DNA of 58,003 nucleotides from Caldisericum sp. CG2_30_36_11. Its GTDB lineage: Bacteria; Caldisericota; Caldisericia; Caldisericales; Caldisericaceae. The translations under genes were made by a program, and so were the position numbers. This document shows, piece after piece, positions 1 through 7,429 of this stretch. The stretch covers positions 1-58,003 of the forward strand of contig MNXV01000075.1 in NCBI GenBank assembly GCA_001871575.1. Direction: 5' to 3'. The stretch's first letter is position 1. Each line of letters opens with the position of its first letter. The notes below the pieces were generated by a model that worked only from the letters and a program-made list of their open reading frames with translations, was not told the origin of the DNA and searched no databases.

Positions 1-328
1 TTTCAGCTCCAGTTTTACCTACAAGTTTAATGAAACTTTCTATTTCAATATATGCTGGCTCATCTGTAAACTGAAAACTAATGTCTGCATGAGTAATGTT
101 CAATGGATGACACAGCGGAATAAGCTCATGAGTTTTTTTCGCAGCCAATATTCCTGCAATCTTTGCAGTTGTTAGAACCTCACCCTTTTTTACCTCACCT
201 AACTTTATCTTCTCCAATGTTTCCTTATTTAAAATAACTCTTGCATGTGCTCTTGCGGTTCTAAAGGTTTCGTTCTTTTCTGACACATCAACCATATGCA
301 CTTTTCCATTTAAATCGAACTTACTCAT
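1..328 (-). CDS. moaC: Cyclic pyranopterin monophosphate synthase MoaC, N-terminal ~109 aa (C-terminus runs off the left edge)
   Basis: Own translation from ATG at 328: MSKFDLNGKVHMVDVSEKNETFRTARAHARVILNKETLE...THELIPLCHPLNITHADISF..., the conserved MoaC core. Absent from the ORF track because the window edge cuts it. Confidence 0.85.
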   Translation of the reverse strand, partial: MSKFDLNGKVHMVDVSEKNETFRTARAHARVILNKETLEKIKLGEVKKGEVLTTAKIAGILAAKKTHELIPLCHPLNITHADISFQFTDEPAYIEIESFIKLVGKTGAE

Positions 329-329
329 T

Positions 330-461
330 TTAGCCTCCTAATTCCCTCATATTCTCAATGAACTCTTTAGCATCTATCTTTATTTCACCATGTTCTTTTC
401 CACAAATCACGAACTTTCCCCAAGAGAAATGTTCAATTGGACCTTTCGGATCACCAAACAT
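330..461 (-). CDS. 43-aa small ORF, possibly a truncated Mth938-like domain protein
   Basis: GGAGG Shine-Dalgarno sequence 7 nt before the ATG at 461. Translation: MFGDPKGPIEHFSWGKFVICGKEHGEIKIDAKEFIENMRELGG. The stop lies 1 nt before the moaC ATG. The segment PIEHFSWGKFVICGKEH resembles the N-terminus of Mth938/DUF498-type proteins, which are normally ~110-120 aa. Confidence 0.3.
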   Translation of the reverse strand: MFGDPKGPIEHFSWGKFVICGKEHGEIKIDAKEFIENMRELGG

Positions 462-530
462 ATTTTCCTCCCTTCTAGTTTTGTCTAAATACTGATTGGC
501 GAGAAAACAAATACCCCTAAAATAAGTAAA

Positions 531-1469
531 CTAGTTTTTGGGAAATAAATAGGCAATCTCTGATGTTTTTAACAATTTTTTTAACTCCTTTTTCTTGAGC
601 CAGGGTCTTCTTCTATGCAACATTCTATGGCAATTAGAGCACACCAATACAATATCTTTCGGCTTGATTTTATAATCCTCCGGCGTATCTGAAGCTGGTA
701 CTGTATAATGACACTCTATATAATCTTTTCCAATTTCCCCATACTTTTTAGAAAAATCAAACCCGCATATTTCACAGTATAAACTCCCGTGTTTCTCTTT
801 AAATCTTTTTTTTGCTACTTCTGCCGGTTTTTTGCTTCGTTCTCTTATTAGGTGCGCTTTTAACTGTTCTTTACCTTCGGGAAATCCTTCATCATCTTCG
901 CTTAAACCAACTTTTTTGCATGTATATAATTCTCTATCCATTTCTTGCAAATTTTTAGGGATGCCAAGAAAACTCTCTATCGATTCGAACCTAGCCAGGA
1001 TATTATTTACTACTACTTCCTCTTCTTTAAAATACATGAAGCCCTGAGGAGAAAAACCTTTTTGATAATTAGCCAAATCGTTTATTTCGTCAACTTCAAT
1101 ATCTATATGCCAGATTGTTTCAAAAAAGTAAATATATTCAAAAATTTCACCACGCTTATTTTTCACCCAGATATTTTCAGCAAGTAAAGGATTATGTGTT
1201 TTGTAAATTGCCTTTCCAGCATAAATATATTTTTTCTCTTTGCAGAATAACACCCAGCTATTAGTATTTATTTGATCCCATTCCTTTTTTGTGCCTAAAG
1301 CATTGCACCAGGCAAAAAGAATACTAAATTTTTCAAGTTTATTTTCATCTCTTTTGGTTAGATACCCGCTGATATCTTCATATTTCAAACTATTTTCTAA
1401 AGATTTTTTATAATTAACACTGCTGCCTAAAGGAGCCAAGAAAATCCTTAATTCAGACTCATCATTCAT
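531..1469 (-). CDS. Unassigned N-terminal domain fused to a McrA/COG3183-type HNH endonuclease (candidate modification-dependent restriction enzyme)
   Basis: The C-terminus reads YCEICGFDFSKKYGEIGKDYIECHYTVP...VLVCSNCHRMLHRRRPW, i.e. CxxC...H...CxxCH zinc-HNH. Start taken at ATG 1469 (MNDESEL), which follows AAGGAGG, rather than the upstream GTG at 1496. The N-terminal ~190 aa have no catalytic motif I can name. Confidence 0.7.
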   Translation of the reverse strand: MNDESELRIFLAPLGSSVNYKKSLENSLKYEDISGYLTKRDENKLEKFSILFAWCNALGTKKEWDQINTNSWVLFCKEKKYIYAGKAIYKTHNPLLAENIWVKNKRGEIFEYIYFFETIWHIDIEVDEINDLANYQKGFSPQGFMYFKEEEVVVNNILARFESIESFLGIPKNLQEMDRELYTCKKVGLSEDDEGFPEGKEQLKAHLIRERSKKPAEVAKKRFKEKHGSLYCEICGFDFSKKYGEIGKDYIECHYTVPASDTPEDYKIKPKDIVLVCSNCHRMLHRRRPWLKKKELKKLLKTSEIAYLFPKN

Positions 1470-1961
1470 ATAACCTCCTTTTATTTTGTAAAACACTTAC
1501 ATTATTATAAATCTTTTATACAATTTCTTTTATAAACAGACGTTTTGATTCTGGGTCAGACGGAGAGTCCAACCCCTCTCACTTTTTCCAAAAATAATCC
1601 AAAACTTAGAGAATATCAAAGTTACGAAATTGTAAAGTTTAACGAGAGACCCCTTAAAAAGGTTTTTATCTTTCAGGCAAGAGGGAGGAGGAGATTTCCC
1701 TAACTAAAAGAGTTTGCTTGTTTAATGTGATGGCATTGCCGTCGACTACGAAAGAAAATAGAAGTTTAGAACAGCAGTTTCTTGAAAGTGTGTCGAAAAG
1801 CAAAATTCTGATTTAAAAATAATTTATTTACCGATCAAAACAACATACTTACAGAATTTCCTTATTGATGTATTACTCTTTTAATTTCCAAAATAATTCA
1901 TTTTTGGAACTTTTTGAGAATTTGGACAGTCTGAATTATATAAAAAATAAGGAGGCACAAA

Positions 1962-2021
1962 ATGAAGAAAAGAGTAACTTTGAGATTTTTTGAATACAAA
2001 AGTAAAATAACGAAAATTTAG
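1962..2021 (+). CDS. 19-aa basic mini-ORF (MKKRVTLRFFEYKSKITKI) with a near-perfect ribosome binding site
   Basis: AAGGAGG lies 7 nt upstream of the ATG, inside an otherwise ORF-free 842-bp gap. There is no homology evidence. Confidence 0.15.
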   Translation: MKKRVTLRFFEYKSKITKI

Positions 2022-2338
2022 AGATTTAAAAAAACGACTTGAGGCATTGATGACTTTTTTTATACTTTAAAATCTCTATAATTACTTTTATAAAAGTCAA
2101 ACCCTTATAATGGTATTTAAAAGAACTTATAAAATGCTTCTGAATTAAATGGCATTATTTGTAAAACAGCTTAAATATGCTATTATTATAACAAAGGAGA
2201 TAAGACATAGAAACTATAAAGGCATTTAAAGGATTTGAGGCTTTAGTTAATGGAAAAGATAATATTTATTTAAATAGAGATGTGGTTTGCTTTATAAATT
2301 GTTTTTTACAAGCACCTAAAAAGGAAGATTAAACTTAT

Positions 2339-4426
2339 ATGAAAAATCTTAGAACATATAAAGATAGGCTTTTCATCACAAATTTTAAGACAAAAAGTCA
2401 CAAGTTTTTTACAAGGAAATCATTCTTTGTTCTGATCCTTTATATCTTAATTTTTGCAACAGCTTTTAGCTTTGCTTTCTACGATTTCTTCCCAAGAGTC
2501 ACTAATTTACAGGTTGGAAGTATTTCTCAGGAAAATATAATAGCTAAAAGAACTGTATCGTTTGTGGATACAAATAAAACAAACGAACTGAGAGAAAAAA
2601 TAGCCGAATCAGTCTCGCCAGTGTACAGATTTGATACTAAAAAACAGCAGGTAGTATCAAATAATATTGATAAATTTTTTTCTGACTTAATCAACGTTGT
2701 CTCGCTTAATGCTAAAGAGGATGAAAAAAAATCAATGCTTGATAATATACTTGGCAACAATTCGCAATATACAACCCTGATATTAAAGGAAAATGTCGAG
2801 AATCTTAACAAGTTAAAAACTTACATCTATGATTCAACTTATAAACTAATGATAACCGGGGTAAGAAGCGACGAACTATCTCAAGCAATTAAAATTGGGA
2901 GCGATGATATAAAGAATTCTAATTTTAACGACCAGGAAAAAAGTTTTTTGATTTATGTACTTGAAAAGTTCCTCCAACCAAATTTGATCTACGATAGTGC
3001 TGCCACTGAAAATGCAAAAGAGGAAATAATGAAATCAGTCCCCTCTGTGAAGATTACTATTCAAGAAGGAAGCATAGTTGTTAACAAGGGAGATAAAATT
3101 ACCCAGGACAACATTGAAATTTTGCAAGCTCTTGGGTTGGTCAGAAGCAGGGATGCATGGAAATCTATTCTAAATATTATTTTCCTGATCTTCATTTCCA
3201 TTGGGGTATCTTACCTTTCTATCATAAAATCTAAAGTTGTTAATGACAAAAATCTAATAAAGAAAACTGCTGAATTTTTAATCACCTTTGCAATTACATA
3301 TCTTTTAGCGTCCTCTATAAAAGGGATCTCTTACTACATTATACCAATTCCTCTATTTGCGATGATTCTGTTCGAATTCACCGACTTCCCCACCACCCTA
3401 ATACTTTCTATTGCCTTCCTTTTGATTGTTTCTATTCCAATAAATATGTCGCCTATCTTAATATTAACATTACTTTTAAGCATAGTAATTTACCTGATTG
3501 CTCTAAGGAAAACATCCAGAATTTCAACCTTCATTTACGCTGGAATCATAGGGGGAGGTATTTTTTCAATTGCTACACTGCTTTCAAACCTTTCCGCTAA
3601 AGAAGCTTTAAGCTCGTCACTTTTAAATTCAATTTTTAGCTTCACCAATTTCTTTATCTCAACAATAATTGCAATAGGTTTTGTATACATTTTAGAGCAC
3701 GTGTTTAATGAAGTAACAGACATAAGGCTGCTTGAGCTAAGTGACACTAAAAATCCACTTCTTAAAGAATTGTTACTTAAAGCTTCCGGTACCTACCAAC
3801 ACAGCATGATGGTTGCAAACATGGCAAGTAATGCAGCTGAAGCAATAGGAGCTAATGAGCTGCTTACCAAGGTAGGTGCTTACTATCACGACATAGGGAA
3901 AATGATACACCCCTATTATTTCACAGAAAATCAGCAAATGATCCCGAATATTCACAATAACCTATCTCCAAATTTAAGCAAAACAGTAATAATAAACCAC
4001 ATAAAAGATGGAGTGCAGCTGGCGAGGCAGTACAAATTGCCAGATGAGATTATCAAATTTGTTGCAACTCACCATGGAAGAACAGTCGTCTCTTATTTCT
4101 ACCATAAAGCTAAAGAACATGACCCAAATTTAAGCAAAGAGGATTTTCGTTATCCCGGCCCTCTTCCAGAAAGCAAAGAAACTGCCATTTTAATGCTCGC
4201 AGATGCAATTGAGGCTGCATCGCATAGCATAGAGGAAATGGATTATGGAAAAATTGAGGATTTAGCAAACAGTATAATTCAGGATAGAGTAACTGATGGG
4301 CAATTAGACCAATCAGAAATAACATTTTCTGAATTGAAAATAATTAAGGAGTCTTTCGTTAAAAATTTGATATCGCTATATCATAAGAGGGAAAAGTATC
4401 CTGATGGAAAAGAAAATAAAGGTTAG
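2339..4426 (+). CDS. pgpH: 7TM receptor-HD (HDIG) membrane phosphohydrolase, PgpH/YqfF family (cyclic-di-AMP phosphodiesterase family)
   Basis: 695 aa with an extracellular N-terminal domain, multiple TM helices and a C-terminal HD domain (YYHDIGK, ATHHGRT). It has the conserved position upstream of ybeY. Confidence 0.8.
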   Translation: MKNLRTYKDRLFITNFKTKSHKFFTRKSFFVLILYILIFATAFSFAFYDFFPRVTNLQVGSISQENIIAKRTVSFVDTNKTNELREKIAESVSPVYRFDTKKQQVVSNNIDKFFSDLINVVSLNAKEDEKKSMLDNILGNNSQYTTLILKENVENLNKLKTYIYDSTYKLMITGVRSDELSQAIKIGSDDIKNSNFNDQEKSFLIYVLEKFLQPNLIYDSAATENAKEEIMKSVPSVKITIQEGSIVVNKGDKITQDNIEILQALGLVRSRDAWKSILNIIFLIFISIGVSYLSIIKSKVVNDKNLIKKTAEFLITFAITYLLASSIKGISYYIIPIPLFAMILFEFTDFPTTLILSIAFLLIVSIPINMSPILILTLLLSIVIYLIALRKTSRISTFIYAGIIGGGIFSIATLLSNLSAKEALSSSLLNSIFSFTNFFISTIIAIGFVYILEHVFNEVTDIRLLELSDTKNPLLKELLLKASGTYQHSMMVANMASNAAEAIGANELLTKVGAYYHDIGKMIHPYYFTENQQMIPNIHNNLSPNLSKTVIINHIKDGVQLARQYKLPDEIIKFVATHHGRTVVSYFYHKAKEHDPNLSKEDFRYPGPLPESKETAILMLADAIEAASHSIEEMDYGKIEDLANSIIQDRVTDGQLDQSEITFSELKIIKESFVKNLISLYHKREKYPDGKENKG

Positions 4427-4877
4427 TATTGTTAATGAAACAAAAAGATATACGATAGTAAAAAAAAACCTTGAAGGATTTATAGAAGGTCTTACAAAAT
4501 TCCTAAAGATAAACAAAAATGTTGAATTAAGCATTGCCTTTATAGGCACGAAAACTATCACGAAAATTAATAAAAAATTCAGAAATGTTGATAAAGCTAC
4601 CGATGTTATATCTTTTAATCTCAGCAAAAATAAAAGTCCGCCAGATTCTATTGAGGGGGAGATTATAATATGCCCCCTTATTGCAGAGAAAGAAGCAAAA
4701 AAGAACCTAAATAACTTTCCCGACTATATAGAGTTTCTAATTATTCATGGCTTCCTGCACATTTTAGGGTACAACCACGATATAGAAAAAGATAGAGCTA
4801 AAATGGAAAGCCTTGAAGAAAAAACATTTAAAAGTTTAAAAGTCAAAAGTTTTATTACAAAAGAGGTTCTAAAATAA
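4404..4877 (+). CDS. ybeY: rRNA maturation endoribonuclease YbeY
   Basis: HGFLHILGYNHD zinc motif, 157 aa, overlaps the pgpH end. Confidence 0.9.
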   Translation: MEKKIKVSIVNETKRYTIVKKNLEGFIEGLTKFLKINKNVELSIAFIGTKTITKINKKFRNVDKATDVISFNLSKNKSPPDSIEGEIIICPLIAEKEAKKNLNNFPDYIEFLIIHGFLHILGYNHDIEKDRAKMESLEEKTFKSLKVKSFITKEVLK

Positions 4878-6182
4878 ATGAGTCTAACCAATCTTTCTTT
4901 TTTAATCCCACTTCTCGTTGTTCTATTAGCACTTTCCGCAATTTTTTCAGCTTTTGAATCGGCTATATTCAATGCTTCTTACATCAAACTTGAATCGCTA
5001 TCAAAAAAATCCAATCTGGCAAAAAAAATACTTAGTCTCAAAAAAAGGACAGACAGTGTAATAAGCACAATCGTGCTCGGAAACAATTTCGTAAACATCC
5101 TTTTCTCGGCAATAGTTACTTACCTTGCAATAAAAATAGCAGAAAGTAAAAATGTTTCCCAATCATTAGCCGTGATTGTTGCAACAATAATAGCAACACT
5201 GGTTATTGTTCTTTTTGGTGAGACTGTTCCTAAGAGTATTGGTGCATACTTGTCTGAGAAATCCTCAATGAAACTCTACTATCCCTTTATGCTTTTCTGG
5301 TTTTTGTTTTATCCGTTAGCATTAGCTCTTTCGCATATTACAAATGGTTTTCTTAAACTTTTCCATATAAAAAAGAGGGGTAAAAGAATTTTCGACACTC
5401 AAGAGGAAATGCTTTCTATGCTTGAAATTGGAAAAGAAGAGGGAATAATAGAGAAAACAGAACAAAAAATGATTTTCAGCATATTTGAATTTGGAGATAC
5501 CTTAGTTAGAGAGGTAATGACACCAAGAGTCGATATAATATCACTATCGGTTGAATCAACTCTCAATGATGTGTTAAAGTGCATAATGAACAGCAATCAT
5601 TCGAGAATTCCAATTTATGAAAATAATATCGATAACATCATTGGAATTCTTTATATAAAAGACCTGTTTAAAATATTTTCAGCGAAAACTGAAAAGACTA
5701 CAGACCTACAAAGTATTTTAAGAAATGCATATTTTGTACCCGAAACGAAAGGGGTTGATGAATTATTCAATGAAATGCAGAAAAACAAAATTCAAATTGC
5801 AATGGTTTTCGATGAGTACGGCGGCTTATCTGGACTTATAACCATTGAAGATATACTTGAAGAAATTGTAGGGGAAATTCAAGATGAATATGAAGTGGAA
5901 GAGAAAACATCACAAAAAATCGGAGAAAACGCATATTTAATTTCGGGTACTTTAGAAGTAGAAGATTTTAATGAGCATTTCAATGCCAATTTCTCAGACG
6001 AAGAAGCAACTACAATAGGCGGAATAATACTCGAAAAACTCGGTAGGCTACCAAATCCAGGCGAAGAAATAAGCATAAATAAATTTAAATTTATAATCAG
6101 CAAAATAAGGAATAGGCGTATAGTTCAGGTAAAAGTAATTGTCAAATCAGGGGAGGAAAAAAATGAAAAAAGAGCTCATTGA
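4878..6182 (+). CDS. DUF21-CBS-CorC_HlyC family membrane protein (hemolysin/Mg-Co efflux-like)
   Basis: N-terminal 4-TM DUF21, a CBS pair and a C-terminal CorC/HlyC transporter-associated domain. Typical neighbour of ybeY. Confidence 0.8.
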   Translation: MSLTNLSFLIPLLVVLLALSAIFSAFESAIFNASYIKLESLSKKSNLAKKILSLKKRTDSVISTIVLGNNFVNILFSAIVTYLAIKIAESKNVSQSLAVIVATIIATLVIVLFGETVPKSIGAYLSEKSSMKLYYPFMLFWFLFYPLALALSHITNGFLKLFHIKKRGKRIFDTQEEMLSMLEIGKEEGIIEKTEQKMIFSIFEFGDTLVREVMTPRVDIISLSVESTLNDVLKCIMNSNHSRIPIYENNIDNIIGILYIKDLFKIFSAKTEKTTDLQSILRNAYFVPETKGVDELFNEMQKNKIQIAMVFDEYGGLSGLITIEDILEEIVGEIQDEYEVEEKTSQKIGENAYLISGTLEVEDFNEHFNANFSDEEATTIGGIILEKLGRLPNPGEEISINKFKFIISKIRNRRIVQVKVIVKSGEEKNEKRAH

Positions 6183-6561
6183 AGAAGCTACAAAAGCAAG
6201 AGAAAAAGCCTATGCCCCCTATTCTAACTTTAAGGTGGGCTCCGCTGTACTGACCAAAAGTGGTAAAGTTTTTACTGGAGCAAATATAGAAAATGCAAGT
6301 TATGGTGCAAGTGTTTGTGCTGAAAGAGTTGCACTCTTTAAGGCTATAAGCGAAGGCGAAACTGAAATAGTGGAAATTGCAGTAGTTACCTGTGCGGAAG
6401 AACCTACTATGCCTTGCGGTATATGCAGGCAAGTCCTTAAGGAATTCTCTGAAAACCTAAAAATTTATGCTGCTAATCTAGAAGGTAAAGTTATTGAAAC
6501 AACGATCGATAGACTTCTTCCAATGGCATTTACAAGAGAAGATTTAGAAAATAAAAAATAG
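6163..6561 (+). CDS. cdd: Cytidine deaminase
   Basis: CAERVALFKA and PCGICRQVL zinc motifs. Start chosen at ATG 6163, which follows GGGGAGG; the ORF track start is 6139. Confidence 0.9.
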   Translation: MKKELIEEATKAREKAYAPYSNFKVGSAVLTKSGKVFTGANIENASYGASVCAERVALFKAISEGETEIVEIAVVTCAEEPTMPCGICRQVLKEFSENLKIYAANLEGKVIETTIDRLLPMAFTREDLENKK

Positions 6562-6574
6562 GGAGGGGATAAAT

Positions 6575-7339
6575 TTGAGAGAAAAAATTCTTGTAGCAAA
6601 TTGGAAGATGTACAAAACAATTGACGAAGGCATCGAGCTTGCAGAATGCTTGAAAGAAAAAATTAATGGAAGACCAAAGATAATTATTTGCCCACCATTT
6701 ACTGCTTTAAGCAACATCAATGAAGTTTTAAGCAATAGCGAATTGGAATTAGGCGCTCAAAACTTTTTCTACGAGAAACAAGGAGCATTTACAGGGGAGA
6801 TATCCCCGATTATGTTAAAAGATGCTGGAGCAAAATATGTGATAATAGGGCATTCAGAAAGAAGAAATATTTTTGGCGAAGCGAACGAGTTGATAAATAA
6901 GAAACTTATTTCAGCGATTGAGAATGAGATTTTGCCAATATTCTGCGTTGGAGAAAAAATAGAAGACAGACAGGCAGGCCAGACAGAAAACGTAATTAAA
7001 CGACAGATATTAGAGGGCTTGAAAAATATGAGTAGAGAAAATGTTGAAAAAATTATAATTGCATACGAACCAGTCTGGGCAATTGGCACAGGGCTAAATG
7101 CAAAGCCAGAACAAGCCTCTGAAGCACATAAATTTATTAGAGAAACCTTAAATGAAATGTACGGCGATAAGCTGGGTGAGAATATTACAATACTTTACGG
7201 AGGCAGTATAAAAGAAGATAATATCGAAGACCTTGGAAAAATGAAAGAAATTGACGGAGGGCTTGTTGGTGGCGCCAGTCTAAAATGTGATAGTTTTGTT
7301 ACCATATGGAAAAAGTTAAAATCTGCGAAAAATATTTAA
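6575..7339 (+). CDS. tpiA: Triosephosphate isomerase
   Basis: VANWKM, IIGHSERR and AYEPVWAIGTG motifs. TTG start follows GGGAGGGG. Confidence 0.93.
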   Translation: MREKILVANWKMYKTIDEGIELAECLKEKINGRPKIIICPPFTALSNINEVLSNSELELGAQNFFYEKQGAFTGEISPIMLKDAGAKYVIIGHSERRNIFGEANELINKKLISAIENEILPIFCVGEKIEDRQAGQTENVIKRQILEGLKNMSRENVEKIIIAYEPVWAIGTGLNAKPEQASEAHKFIRETLNEMYGDKLGENITILYGGSIKEDNIEDLGKMKEIDGGLVGGASLKCDSFVTIWKKLKSAKNI

Positions 7340-7429
7340 GGAGTAAAAATGGGAAAATTTCCAGAAGAACAATTAGAGAAGCAGAAAATAAAGAAGAAAT
7401 AACAAAAGACAAGAAGAGTAAGAAAAATA

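Noticed and set aside
1541-1575. The segment GACGTTTTGATTCTGGGTCAGACGGAGAG resembles the 5' end of tmRNA (compare GGGGACGUUACGGAUUCGACAGGG).
   Set aside because: There is no GGGG acceptor start. No T-arm (GGTTCGA.TCC) or CCA end occurs within the next 400 nt on either strand. No plausible tag ORF ends in an Ala-Ala-type terminus.
531-1800. HNH nuclease plus an upstream structured non-coding region, as in an IscB/HEARO-like RNA-guided nuclease.
   Set aside because: The protein has no RuvC or PLMP motifs, and its HNH is of the McrA/COG3183 zinc-finger type at the extreme C-terminus. The RNA structure itself is unproven. I kept it only as a speculative note under the gap finding.
1506-2311. Imperfect direct repeat TATAAATCTTTTATACAA (1506) / TATAAATTGTTTTTTACAA (2293) that could bracket an inserted segment. 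Also the 8-nt repeat CTAGTTTT at 475 and 531.
   Set aside because: These are AT-only, low-complexity matches of this length, which are expected by chance in DNA of this composition. No integrase, transposase or terminal inverted repeats are associated.
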